NCBI GenBank assembly: GCA_963976765.1
Contig: CAXBME010000002.1
Location: 372,001-436,000, forward strand
Length of the DNA stretch: 64,000 bases
Source: an uncultured Planctomycetaceae bacterium
Lineage (GTDB): Bacteria; Planctomycetota; Planctomycetia; Planctomycetales; Planctomycetaceae
Reading direction: 5' to 3'
Part shown: positions 48,802 through 58,171 of the stretch, piece after piece
Layout: each line of letters begins with the position of its first letter
Position numbering within the stretch: position 1 is the first letter of the stretch
Notes under the pieces: generated by a model
The model's input: the letters and a program-made list of their open reading frames with translations, nothing else
Databases searched by the model: none
What the model was told of the DNA's origin: nothing
Position numbers and translations under genes: made by a program

Positions 48802-49758
48802 TCACGCTCTTGCCATCCGACTGCGGAGGAACCATCCCAGTGTGTCGGCGAGATCATGATTCGTTGTCATGCGGACGTAATCTCCTCCCAGGCCGGTAAC
48901 GAGTTCTTCCAGACTCTCCAGAAAAGTACCGAAACGTGTCAGGTATTCATTTCTGATCGAAGCCGGATCAAGGTTGACCTTCTGACCGGCCAGTTCGAGC
49001 GACTGAAACGACGACCAGCGCCGGAAGTCAAAATGAATTTCTTCCGGAGCCAGCACGTGCATAACGACCACGTCGTGCCCTTTGGCTCGAACGATCCGCA
49101 ACGCCTTACCAAGTTCATCGAGATCGCAGAAGCAGTCTGAAAACAGCACAAACATTCCTCGGCGCCGCAGGCGCGGAATGGCCGCTCGAATCTGCATCCC
49201 GACATCGCCTCCGTCACTTGGTTGAGCTGACTGAAGCGCTGCGAGAATTGCCTGAAGATGCGCGGCATGTTGTTTCGGAGGAACGAATAACGGCTTGCTC
49301 TCGTTAAGGATGACCGCTCCGACCGCGTCCCTCTGATGAAGCAGCAGCCTCGACAAGCAGGCCGCCGCCTGACACGCGTAATGAAGTTTGCTGACCGTCG
49401 ACAAGCCAAATTTCATCGAGCCGCTGGTATCAACAGCGACGATACTGTGCAGGTTGGTTTCTTCCTCAAACTGCTTAATGAAGTAACGATCGTTCCGAGC
49501 GTAGACCTGCCAGTCAATCTGCCGAATCTCGTCGCCCGGCGCGTACTGGCGATGCGAAGCAAACTCGCAGCACCCACCCTTCGTCGTCGATCGGTGTTTT
49601 CCTGCCAACAGACCATCGACGACAGTACGCGATAGAAGTTCCAGATGCCCGATCTGATCCATGACGCGAGGATCAACGATGCCAGACGAAGGCGCAGCCG
49701 TCCGGTTCGCGCTCGCCGGCGCGGCTGGTTTCAATCTGGATCGGAACAGGCTGAACAT
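48802..49758 (-). CDS. DUF58 domain protein (MoxR-associated)
   Basis: LAGKHRS..KG...EFASHRQYAPGDEIRQIDW.VYAR.DRYFIKQFEEETN; DTSGSM; LFSD. Confidence 0.93.
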   Translation of the reverse strand: MFSLFRSRLKPAAPASANRTAAPSSGIVDPRVMDQIGHLELLSRTVVDGLLAGKHRSTTKGGCCEFASHRQYAPGDEIRQIDWQVYARNDRYFIKQFEEETNLHSIVAVDTSGSMKFGLSTVSKLHYACQAAACLSRLLLHQRDAVGAVILNESKPLFVPPKQHAAHLQAILAALQSAQPSDGGDVGMQIRAAIPRLRRRGMFVLFSDCFCDLDELGKALRIVRAKGHDVVVMHVLAPEEIHFDFRRWSSFQSLELAGQKVNLDPASIRNEYLTRFGTFLESLEELVTGLGGDYVRMTTNHDLADTLGWFLRSRMARA

Positions 49759-49776
49759 TGTCGTTAGGTCGCCGTA

Positions 49777-50871
49777 TTACGCGGATGCGTCTTTCGCCTG
49801 CTTCTGCAGCGAAGGAGTTGCTTCGACAATCTTTGTCAGGACGGAGTCGGCATCGATGCCGGCGGCTTCGGCGTTAAACGTCAGGATGATACGGTGACGC
49901 AAAACCGGGTGAGCGACCGCGACCAGATCCCCCGTCGTGGCGTGGCAGCGGCGGTTAAGCAACGCGCGGGCCTTGGCTGCCAGAAGAAGTGCAATCGTTG
50001 CACGCGGGCCGGCCCCCCACTGCACCATCTGTTGAAGATCGGCTGCCATTTCGCCTTCGTCGGGACGGGTTCCTCGAACCAGGTCCAGTGCCGCGTTGTA
50101 AACGTGATCGGAAACGACGACGTCGCGAACAAGTGACTGCATCGCGTGCAGATCGTCGGCGTCGAGCACCGTCTTCGTTTCGAATGAGTAGTCGGTTGTT
50201 TGTCGCCGCGCGATTTCCAGTTCCTGTGCACGATCCGGGTATTGAACGTGGACCTTCAGCAGAAAGCGGTCGAGCTGAGCCTCCGGCAACGGGTAAGTCC
50301 CTTCCGTTTCGACCGGGTTCTGCGTTGCCAGGACAAAGAATGGATCAGGAAGTTTGTACGTTTGACCGCAGACCGTGATCTGGCGTTCCTGCATGGCTTC
50401 CAGCAGGGCACTTTGAGTCTTGGGAGGCGTGCGGTTAATTTCGTCGGCCAGAATCACGTTGCCGAACAGCGGACCTTCGACGAAACGAAAGATACGTTTA
50501 CCGGTGGTGTGATCTTCTTCCAGAACCTCGGTACCGGTGATGTCTCCTGGCATCAGATCCGGCGTGAACTGAACTCGACGAAATGACATGTCGATCAGCG
50601 AAGCCATCGTCGACACCAGCATCGTCTTGGCCAGTCCAGGCATACCCTGCAGGATGCAATGCCCTCGACAGAGCAACGCGATCAGCAATTGCTCAGAGAC
50701 TTCTTCCTGACCGACGATTACACCGGCAAGCTGAGTGCGAAGCTCGGCGAACTTTTCGTGCATTCGGTCCACCGCCTCGGCGACATCCGCAGACGCGGCG
50801 ATGCTGCTTTTGGCGTGGCCATTTTCCTTCGGATTGCCGCCTGGCTTTGGCGAAGTTTCAAGGCGATTCAT
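49777..50871 (-). CDS. moxR: MoxR-family AAA+ ATPase
   Basis: GMPGLAKT Walker A; RVQFTPDLMPGDITG; LADEINRTPPKTQSALLEAMQE; ATQNPVE.EGTYPLPEAQLDRF; WGAGPRA; VLRHR. Confidence 0.95.
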   Translation of the reverse strand: MNRLETSPKPGGNPKENGHAKSSIAASADVAEAVDRMHEKFAELRTQLAGVIVGQEEVSEQLLIALLCRGHCILQGMPGLAKTMLVSTMASLIDMSFRRVQFTPDLMPGDITGTEVLEEDHTTGKRIFRFVEGPLFGNVILADEINRTPPKTQSALLEAMQERQITVCGQTYKLPDPFFVLATQNPVETEGTYPLPEAQLDRFLLKVHVQYPDRAQELEIARRQTTDYSFETKTVLDADDLHAMQSLVRDVVVSDHVYNAALDLVRGTRPDEGEMAADLQQMVQWGAGPRATIALLLAAKARALLNRRCHATTGDLVAVAHPVLRHRIILTFNAEAAGIDADSVLTKIVEATPSLQKQAKDASA

Positions 50872-50876
50872 ATCAG

Positions 50877-52775
50877 TTATTCCGTCTCAGTTCCGGTGGC
50901 GTTTGTGGGCGATTCAGGAGACTTGTTTTCTGACGAGTTGATCGTCCTCGATCGTTCAGCGTTTCGACGGTCGTAGTCGAGAGCTTCCTGGGCACCGACC
51001 AGAGCATCTCGATCGGTGTCCAGTTCAGCGAAATGTTCGTCGGTGCCGGAAAACTCTTTGTTGGTAATGTCATTATCTTTGTTTCGGTCCATCCGCACGA
51101 ACCAGTCGGGGCCGGTTACAACGAGTGTTTTTGATTTCGGATTCACCTGCCGCAAAGCGGCCAGTTCCCGATGCACCAGCGGCCCCAGTCCGAAACAGAC
51201 TCGAATGGTTGCCTGAGTCTCGTCGTCGGACAGGCTGCCATCCAGATTGCGGTCAAACTTCAACAGGCAGTCGACGAGTTCTCGTCGTTCGCGAATCGTA
51301 AACCGCCCATCTTCGTTGGGATCAATGACCGGCAGAATTGGATACCCGTCGTTGATCGCGCCGATCGAAACCTGATCGCTACTGCCTGACTGAACGGCGG
51401 AAAAAGAGACAGTCGTTCCGCCAACCGGAAGCGAGAGTGAACCTGCAGCCAATTCGTCATCTGTTAACGTGGAAGCTATCGTGGAGTCGGTACCGGTTAA
51501 TTCGATACGTGACGCTGCTGGATCGTCAGTGTTAAATGTGATCGTCAAACTGAGATCCGGTTTCGCGGCGCGAAGCACGGCGAGTTCTTCCGCATCAAGC
51601 CTGCCGTTCGCATTGGCGTCAAACCTCGGCAGCAACGGCTGAACTCCCGGGCTCATCGATGAATATCGCGAGGCGATTCGCTGATACATGGCAACGGCTG
51701 ATTTTTCGTCGGGGATGTGGAAGATCAATTTGCCTGGCCCGGCATGCTGCGACTTCCGCAATCCCGGATCGCCGGCAACCCTCGCCAGTTCGGTGTACTC
51801 AATGATGTCGTTGCGGTTGAAGTCACACTTCTCGAAAGCGATCACCGAGTTCGCCAGTTCGCTCGCCGAAATCACGCCATCGCGATCGGCATCGAGCACG
51901 TTAAAGACCGGTCGCTGATTCGCTCGAAACCGCTGAAAATTATCGTTCAGCATCAGCAGGACAGGGCCATCGACCCAGTTGGTCAGCATCCAGCGAACTT
52001 CGTCGACAGTCGCCGCTTCACCGGTGGCCGCAACGAAACGGCGAACCCGCTCGGCAACCGTCGAAGGCAGGGAATATTCCGGCACCATCGGAGGCGACAC
52101 AGGCTGCTCTTCCGGTTCGACATCTTCGGCTGGCGAGTCGTCGGCGTCCTCAGAGGCAGAATCGGTGGCGACTTGTGTTGCCTCAGCCTCGTTCTCTTCG
52201 ACTGCTTTTGTCTCGTCCAGATCTGTGTCGCCTTCAGAGAGCGATGCCGATGCCTTTTCGGATGCCGCCAACGCATCATCGAAAACGGGTTCATTGCCTG
52301 CTTCAGGCTTGACCACGACAGCGACGGAAGCCGGCTTCGCAGCGTCTTCCAGCACCTGCTGAATACGTCGTTCGCGAGCCATCAGGTAAGGCTCGCCGTC
52401 GATCGTGATTGTGGCGTCAATAAGAATTGGCTGAGCCGGCAATGCGAGGATCAATCGGAGCGTCGGATTATTGAGTTCGGCTTCGGTCGGGATTGTCCGG
52501 TAGTGATGGCCGAGCTGGTACTGAGGCAATTTGCCGCCCGGCGTAGTCGGCTGCGGACGGGGGCGGGCCGTGACGGGCGCATTCGCCATCTCCGGTTCAG
52601 CGTTTCCCGAAGCAGGCAGCACCTTGACCGGGACAGACAGCGATATCGCTGGATCATCCGCCGGGACGTTCTGGACGGCAAAGCCGAAAAAGGCAATGCC
52701 GATGGCCGCCGCAACGCGGAGCGCACTACCGCTTCGCCCGTTGAAAATTCGAATTGCCGTCAAATGCTGGTTCAA
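50877..52775 (-). CDS. Exported multi-EF-hand protein
   Basis: Signal-like VAAAIGIAFFGFAVQNVPA; seven EF-like loops (DADRDGVISASE, DFNRNDIIEYTE, DANANGRLDAEE, DPNEDGRFTIRE, DRNLDGSLSDDE, DRNKDNDITNKE, DTDRDALVGAQE). Start uncertain (TTG 52775 or 52763); the ORF-track start overlaps DUF1501. Confidence 0.8.
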   Translation of the reverse strand: MNQHLTAIRIFNGRSGSALRVAAAIGIAFFGFAVQNVPADDPAISLSVPVKVLPASGNAEPEMANAPVTARPRPQPTTPGGKLPQYQLGHHYRTIPTEAELNNPTLRLILALPAQPILIDATITIDGEPYLMARERRIQQVLEDAAKPASVAVVVKPEAGNEPVFDDALAASEKASASLSEGDTDLDETKAVEENEAEATQVATDSASEDADDSPAEDVEPEEQPVSPPMVPEYSLPSTVAERVRRFVAATGEAATVDEVRWMLTNWVDGPVLLMLNDNFQRFRANQRPVFNVLDADRDGVISASELANSVIAFEKCDFNRNDIIEYTELARVAGDPGLRKSQHAGPGKLIFHIPDEKSAVAMYQRIASRYSSMSPGVQPLLPRFDANANGRLDAEELAVLRAAKPDLSLTITFNTDDPAASRIELTGTDSTIASTLTDDELAAGSLSLPVGGTTVSFSAVQSGSSDQVSIGAINDGYPILPVIDPNEDGRFTIRERRELVDCLLKFDRNLDGSLSDDETQATIRVCFGLGPLVHRELAALRQVNPKSKTLVVTGPDWFVRMDRNKDNDITNKEFSGTDEHFAELDTDRDALVGAQEALDYDRRNAERSRTINSSENKSPESPTNATGTETE

Positions 52776-52849
52776 CCTGTGCCCCTCCGGAAGCTGACCA
52801 CTTCGACTGTCACTGTTTACGTGCTTCGTCTCATTTACGAAACACGGTT

Positions 52850-54175
52850 TCACGCCAGCACCGCGTCGACAGCTTTTCCCTCGGCCAGAGGAATCGGTCG
52901 ACCGCTCGGTGCCATGTTTGATTTGCCCTTCAGTCCCAGAGAATGACACAGTGTGGTCAGCAAATCTTCCTCGTCGATCATCCCGTCGACCACTTCCATC
53001 CCGTCTTCGCTGGTCTTTCCGTATGCCTGCCCGCCAGCAATTCCGCCACCTGCGAGCACCGCCGACCACGCTCCTGGAAAATGATCGCGACCAGCGTTCG
53101 GATTAATAACCGGAGTCCGTCCGAATTCGCCCATCCAGATGATCGTCGTTGATTCCAGCAGCCCCCGATCCTTGAGATCCGTCATCAACGTCGCCCAGCC
53201 GGCATCGAGATCGGTCGACAATCTCTGTACCGCGTTGAAATTATCGGAATGCGTATCCCAGCCCGGACCGCCGCTGCTGGTGCCGAGCGAAACTTCGACA
53301 AAGGCAACTCCTCGTTCGATCAGGCGTCGGGCCATCAGGCACCCCTGACCGAAGACTGTGCGGCCATATTCTTCACGAAGTTTTTCCGGCTCTTTCGACA
53401 GGTCGAACGCTTCGGCATCCTTGCTGTTCATCAGCTGAACCGCACCTTCGTAAACCGTGTTGTGAGTCTTCGCGGCGCCGGTTCGTGTCTTCAGAAAGTC
53501 GTCCTGCAGTCTCTTCCAGATCCCAAGCCGCTTATCCATGCGAGCCTGATCGATGCCAGCAGCTCGATCGAGCGACTGAACTTTGAGGTTCGGGAAACCC
53601 TGAGCACCATTGGCCATCGCTCCGGGAATGTCCGAAGCGCCGACAATCAGCGGTCCAAATCGAGGCCCGAGAAAACCGGCTCCGAAGGCGTCCTGATTGA
53701 ATGCTCGAAACGGTCCCACGCTGACATAGCCCGGCAGTGCCAGCTCTCTGTTACCGAGCTGATTGGCGAGTGACGCTCCGATACTCGGATACTGCATCGG
53801 CCCCAGCGGCACCCTACCAGTTCGCATCAGATAAGTACCGCGACCGTGATCGCCTTCGCGAGTGCTGAGCCCTCTCAACACAGCGAGCTCGTCCGACATC
53901 GCCGCGAGTTTCGGTAAGTGCTCGCTGAACTTCAGTCCGGGCGACGCTGTCTGGATTTCCTTGAACTCGCCACCGTTCTCGTGGTTCGGTTTCAGATCCC
54001 ACGTGTCCGTTTGAGTTGGTCCTCCGCTCATCCAGAGCAGGATGCAATGCCGCTGCCGTTTCGGATCGCTCACCAGCTGGTCGGCGAAAGCCGGAAACCA
54101 GCCGCTGACACTGGCTCCACCAATTCCGGCGGCGAGTGTCGACATCATGTGTCGTCGAGAAAGTTTGTTCGTCAT
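52850..54175 (-). CDS. Tat-exported DUF1501 protein
   Basis: LSRRHMM Tat signal; CILLWMSGGPTQTDTWDLKP; SEHLP; GQGCLMARRLIERGV.FVEV; GWDTH; WMGEFGRTP.IN...GRDH; LAGGG. Confidence 0.95.
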   Translation of the reverse strand: MTNKLSRRHMMSTLAAGIGGASVSGWFPAFADQLVSDPKRQRHCILLWMSGGPTQTDTWDLKPNHENGGEFKEIQTASPGLKFSEHLPKLAAMSDELAVLRGLSTREGDHGRGTYLMRTGRVPLGPMQYPSIGASLANQLGNRELALPGYVSVGPFRAFNQDAFGAGFLGPRFGPLIVGASDIPGAMANGAQGFPNLKVQSLDRAAGIDQARMDKRLGIWKRLQDDFLKTRTGAAKTHNTVYEGAVQLMNSKDAEAFDLSKEPEKLREEYGRTVFGQGCLMARRLIERGVAFVEVSLGTSSGGPGWDTHSDNFNAVQRLSTDLDAGWATLMTDLKDRGLLESTTIIWMGEFGRTPVINPNAGRDHFPGAWSAVLAGGGIAGGQAYGKTSEDGMEVVDGMIDEEDLLTTLCHSLGLKGKSNMAPSGRPIPLAEGKAVDAVLA

Positions 54176-54226
54176 GGTTATCAGTTTCCCGTTGGCCGAC
54201 AGCCAGAAGTCTAGTCACCGTATTTC

Positions 54227-54281
54227 GCAGGGTGGGCACCATCCACCGCACCGTCAAACAGGTGGGCAGTGCCCGCTCTAC
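54227..54281. repeat. REP doublet (GTAG-GGTGGGCA family, degenerate)
   Basis: GCAGGGTGGGCACCATCCACC (54227-54247) and GGTGGGCAGTGCCCGCTCTAC (54261-54281; reverse complement GTAGAGCGGGCACTGCCCACC). Confidence 0.65.
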
Positions 54282-54493
54282 TCGTCAGCCGAATGTCGAT
54301 GTTCGATCGCGCCGGCGACTCCGCCCACGGTTCCGACACAGATGAAAAGCAGCGTTCCGCAAACGGTCAGCAGAAGCGTGGTAAACGCTTCAACGTCGGA
54401 CAGTTGCAGAGCCGAACGCTCGTTCAACGCGATAATCAGAAACGCGACACCACATAAGTAGCAGAAGAATTGTGTAACCCGGTAAGCATGCAT
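54278..54493 (-). CDS. Small two-TM membrane protein (71 aa)
   Basis: MHAYRVTQFFCYLCGVAFLIIAL...FTTLLLTVCGTLLFICVGTVGGVAG; GAGGA RBS; fills the gap in the operon in the same orientation. Confidence 0.6.
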   Translation of the reverse strand: MHAYRVTQFFCYLCGVAFLIIALNERSALQLSDVEAFTTLLLTVCGTLLFICVGTVGGVAGAIEHRHSADE

Positions 54494-54539
54494 CAACGCA
54501 GTCCTCACACGACCCCAGAATGGAAACGCCAAAGCAGCA

Positions 54540-57113
54540 TCAGTGATTCAACGTAAACTCAGCGCTGTTGAGCAGTGCCCAAAGAATGTCAGCAAGCCCT
54601 TCCTGAAGTTCTGAGCCTCTGGCGTCATCGCTGATGTACCCGTTCAGAAGCTCCCACTCAGAAGAACGAGGCCTGCGTGACAGCGTTGCCAGATACAGCA
54701 CTTCGATTCGATCCTTGTTCGTGAAGAATGGAGCTTCGAGCGACTTCAGCAACCCGCTGCTCGACAGCCCGGTCGCTCCTTCGATCAAGCCACCGTTCAT
54801 CAGCGTAAGAGCCTGTGGAATGCCGCCCTGATATTCGGTGTTCCTTCCGACCGGCGTCCGGAACTGCTGAATAAATGCGGCTCGAGATGAGTTGCCGATC
54901 CGAGCCACGTTAAAGGCCATCCCGTCGTCTGCGGCACCTGAATCCAGCAATGTCGCTACCGAGATGCAGTCATAAACCTGCTCAGCGGACAGCGTTTTGA
55001 TATTCATCTGAGCGAAGAATTCGGAGCGAGCATCGTCGACCGATGCGGCACCGCTTGACAATCGGTACGCCTTCGAAAGAACGACCGAACGGAACAACTC
55101 CCGCAGACTGAAATCGGTGCTGACAAAATGGCCGGCCAGCAGGTCGAGCAGCTCCGGAGATTTCGGCTGATGCTCAAGCCCGAAGTCGTCAATCGGATCG
55201 ACGATTCCTTTGCCAAACAGTTGCCCCCAGACTCGATTTGCCGTCGCCCGAGCAAAGAACGGATTTTTCGCTGCCGTCAGCCAGTCCGCCAGTTGCTGTC
55301 GCCGGGCGGGAGCACCATCGCCGTCCAGAAACTCCGCACCGTCCAGAAACTTTGGAGCAACAATCTGCTCTGTATCAGGCAGCATGACTTCGCCACGGTC
55401 AACATCGCTGACCCGCAGCACTGTTGACACACTTTCCAGTGTCCCCTTCGGTCGCGAGATGCGTGCGAAGAAGGCGGCGAATCCCCAGAACTCATCCTGA
55501 GCCCACGGCTCGAACGGATGATCGTGACACTGTGCACATTCAAGTCGCATGCCGAGAAACACTCGAGCCGTTCGAGACGCCAGCTGGTCGGGATCAAGTT
55601 TAGCCGCTGAGTAAAACAGCAACGGGCCTGACCGCACCAGTCGACCATCCGCCAGCAACAGGCTGCGGACAATGTCGTCGTACGAGTCGCCGCTGGCAAA
55701 CCGTCTGGCCAGCCATTCGTCAAAAGCTTCGACTCCGCCGAAAGCAGTCAGGTCGACACCTTCGGGAATCAGGAACGTCCGCCAGACGGTCGCGAGGTGC
55801 GACGCGTGGTCCGGACTTTTCAGCAATCGATCGACCAGACTCTCGAACCGATTCAACGACTTATCGTTATCAAATGCTCGAACTTCGCTGACACTCGGAG
55901 TTCGACCTGCAAGGTCGAGATAAACTCGACGCAGAAGCTCGCTGTCGTCAGCAGGGACCGTTGGCGTTACCGCGTTGGCTTGCCAAAGCTCAGCGAGTAA
56001 CTCGTCCGCCTGCCGAACGATTTCGTCAGTGCTTCCCTCAACAGGCTTGACCGGCTTCCAGTCTGACGGTGCGTCGGAATACTCCTGCGGTTCTTCCACC
56101 GGCGTAACGACCGGCTGCTCGACAAGTGGTTTCTCCTGAACTGGCTGCATATTTTCACGGCGACCGACAGCGACGACTTCTGTGTCTGGCTTTGACTTGC
56201 CACCAGACATCAGCACTTCGCCGACTGCAATTCGGTTCAGCGGCTGGCCGTATTCATCAAGATCGACAATCTGCAACCCCGCAGGAAACTCGCGTTCACG
56301 CAAAACGGTAACTGTCGCCAGCGGGTAAGTCAGCGTGAGAAACCTGGTCTGCACGTCGTCGTCGTCGAGCAATTCGCATTTCGAAGGCAGCTGCGAATCT
56401 GGATCGACTGTGATCTCTAGGTCGAACCGTTCGGCTGCCGCATTCTCGAACGCCACAGTCAAGGCAACCTGATCAACGCCCGCAACCTTGACCGAATCCC
56501 AACTTTCATTAATGAGGCGGGCACCGTCGAGTCGCCGTGCGTTACCATCGTCAAACGCACCCCCCAGCAGAAAGTCGAGCATCAGGCGATCGCGGTTGAA
56601 GACAGAAACATTCGTGGCAAGCGGTCGACGACGAATTTCGGAAGCCCCTTCAATTCGCTCCAGGATAACCTGCTGACCTGCGTCGAGTAGTCGTGTCGAG
56701 TCAGTTGTTCGTTCTCCGAGAACTCCATCAGACAAAGACAGCCAGCGGGTTCCGTTTTCGTCTTCAATCTGGATGATGCCGCGCTCAGCCAGAGCCTGCA
56801 TCATTGATGCCCAGCCGTACGCCTGACCGTTGCCGTTCAGCATGACTCCCAGAATGACAACCATCACCACGCACGCCGCTGCCGGTACAGACTTCGCCCA
56901 GCGTGCAGCACGAGCCATCGACTTCGTCCATTTACCGGCGACATCCGGAGCCAGGCCTGGAGACTCACCCCATTCCGCCGCCACACCACGATCGATCCGC
57001 CTCAGCAGCGATCGTGGAATCGGGGGAGCATCAAAGGCATCGTTGACCAGCGATTCCAGTTCTGAATCGTCGGTCGCGAGCGATGTGCTGTCGTGATTGT
57101 TCAGTTCATTCAT
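54540..57113 (-). CDS. DUF1549/DUF1553 protein with an N-terminal anti-sigma-like TM and LolA-like extension
   Basis: C-half: LLRRVYLDLAGRTP, FLGMRLECAQCHDHPF (CxxCH), LADWLT..KNPFFARA.ANRVW..LFGKGIV.P.DDF, PELLD.LA, QALTLMNG, LYLATLSRRP, DILWALLNSAEF. N-third: short cytoplasmic helix, TM, AYGWASM, E.TVDP.SQLP. Confidence 0.88.
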   Translation of the reverse strand: MNELNNHDSTSLATDDSELESLVNDAFDAPPIPRSLLRRIDRGVAAEWGESPGLAPDVAGKWTKSMARAARWAKSVPAAACVVMVVILGVMLNGNGQAYGWASMMQALAERGIIQIEDENGTRWLSLSDGVLGERTTDSTRLLDAGQQVILERIEGASEIRRRPLATNVSVFNRDRLMLDFLLGGAFDDGNARRLDGARLINESWDSVKVAGVDQVALTVAFENAAAERFDLEITVDPDSQLPSKCELLDDDDVQTRFLTLTYPLATVTVLREREFPAGLQIVDLDEYGQPLNRIAVGEVLMSGGKSKPDTEVVAVGRRENMQPVQEKPLVEQPVVTPVEEPQEYSDAPSDWKPVKPVEGSTDEIVRQADELLAELWQANAVTPTVPADDSELLRRVYLDLAGRTPSVSEVRAFDNDKSLNRFESLVDRLLKSPDHASHLATVWRTFLIPEGVDLTAFGGVEAFDEWLARRFASGDSYDDIVRSLLLADGRLVRSGPLLFYSAAKLDPDQLASRTARVFLGMRLECAQCHDHPFEPWAQDEFWGFAAFFARISRPKGTLESVSTVLRVSDVDRGEVMLPDTEQIVAPKFLDGAEFLDGDGAPARRQQLADWLTAAKNPFFARATANRVWGQLFGKGIVDPIDDFGLEHQPKSPELLDLLAGHFVSTDFSLRELFRSVVLSKAYRLSSGAASVDDARSEFFAQMNIKTLSAEQVYDCISVATLLDSGAADDGMAFNVARIGNSSRAAFIQQFRTPVGRNTEYQGGIPQALTLMNGGLIEGATGLSSSGLLKSLEAPFFTNKDRIEVLYLATLSRRPRSSEWELLNGYISDDARGSELQEGLADILWALLNSAEFTLNH

Positions 57114-57164
57114 CGTGACGTCGCCATGTCATTTTCCTGGTGTCAGCAGGCATCCTGGTTACCA

Positions 57165-57821
57165 CTAACGACTCGCCGGGGTCGTTGCTTTCACGGCGTT
57201 GGACTGCTGCTCGGGCTGGCTGTCGTTATTTTTGTCTGGCCCGCCCGGATCATGCCCGGACCGTGGTGCACCCTCTTTGTCGATCCTCAACACGCGGTCT
57301 TTGAAGTCTCGTCGAGCCCGAAAGAGAACCGACTCCGCCGCCTTCTCCGAAACATCCATGCGATCTGCAATCGACCGTACGCTCAACTTGTCGATGTACT
57401 TCCATTCCAAAGCCAGCCGATGCTGCTCTGGCAAACCGTCCATAACGCTCCGTATTTCTGCTCGCCGCTCTTCCTGTTCCTGGTTCCCGGAAGGCTCATC
57501 AAAGTCGGCGACTTCTGCTGTCTGCCGGGCCTGATCTATCAGATGCTGCACCCGAGCCGCCGCTCTGAAATGATCGTTGACCTTATTACTGGCGACCGAT
57601 CTCAGCCAGCCGCCTGGGTTACTGATATCTGCTTCCGGATCAGCCGCTGCTCGAATCAGCGCCAGGACGGTCTCGCTGACGATGTCTTCGGCGAGATGCG
57701 GATCTCGACCGACTCGTGCATACACAAACCTCCACACGGAGGGCAGGTAGCACTCTGTTAAATACTGAACCGCCGCCGGCTTCTGCTGACGCAGTCCCTG
57801 AACAAGAAGTGAATCGTTCAA
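57165..57821 (-). CDS. ECF sigma-70 factor heading the leftward operon
   Basis: YLPSVWRFVYARV..D.HLAEDIVSET; WLRSVASNKVNDHFR; LPEQHRLALEWKY...SVRSIA...SEKAAESVLFRARRDF; TTG start. Confidence 0.92.
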   Translation of the reverse strand: MNDSLLVQGLRQQKPAAVQYLTECYLPSVWRFVYARVGRDPHLAEDIVSETVLALIRAAADPEADISNPGGWLRSVASNKVNDHFRAAARVQHLIDQARQTAEVADFDEPSGNQEQEERRAEIRSVMDGLPEQHRLALEWKYIDKLSVRSIADRMDVSEKAAESVLFRARRDFKDRVLRIDKEGAPRSGHDPGGPDKNNDSQPEQQSNAVKATTPASR

Positions 57822-58171
57822 AATGGCCTCAAACCGGAATACAGGCCTCAGTGAGAATTGTCAGCGGATGAGCCGCTTTTTGAGGATCTTTTCGGATTGC
57901 AACCGGTTAGTCGCGACTGGCTGCAACTTCACGCATTGATGTTCACTGATTTTTGGAATGTACCCGCAAAACCATCACCTAACAGCCTTCAAACAAAAGA
58001 CTTGCAGCATTTTCGAGGATTAGTGACCGAATGCCGCGACAGCAATGTCCCGGCAGTATGAACTATCCATGAGATTTGGAACTGGCTGCGTGAATTCTCA
58101 GTTGTATGCGACTGAAACAGCGGCGCTATATATAGTCAGCCGAGAATATGCTCAGCGATCGCCGACGTTGA

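Noticed and set aside
51717..52946. 409-aa plus-strand ORF and similar long antisense ORFs (7149-8060, 15491-16396, 19729-20556, 1861-2571)
   Set aside because: Antisense shadows of well-supported genes in GC-rich DNA, with no recognisable motifs.
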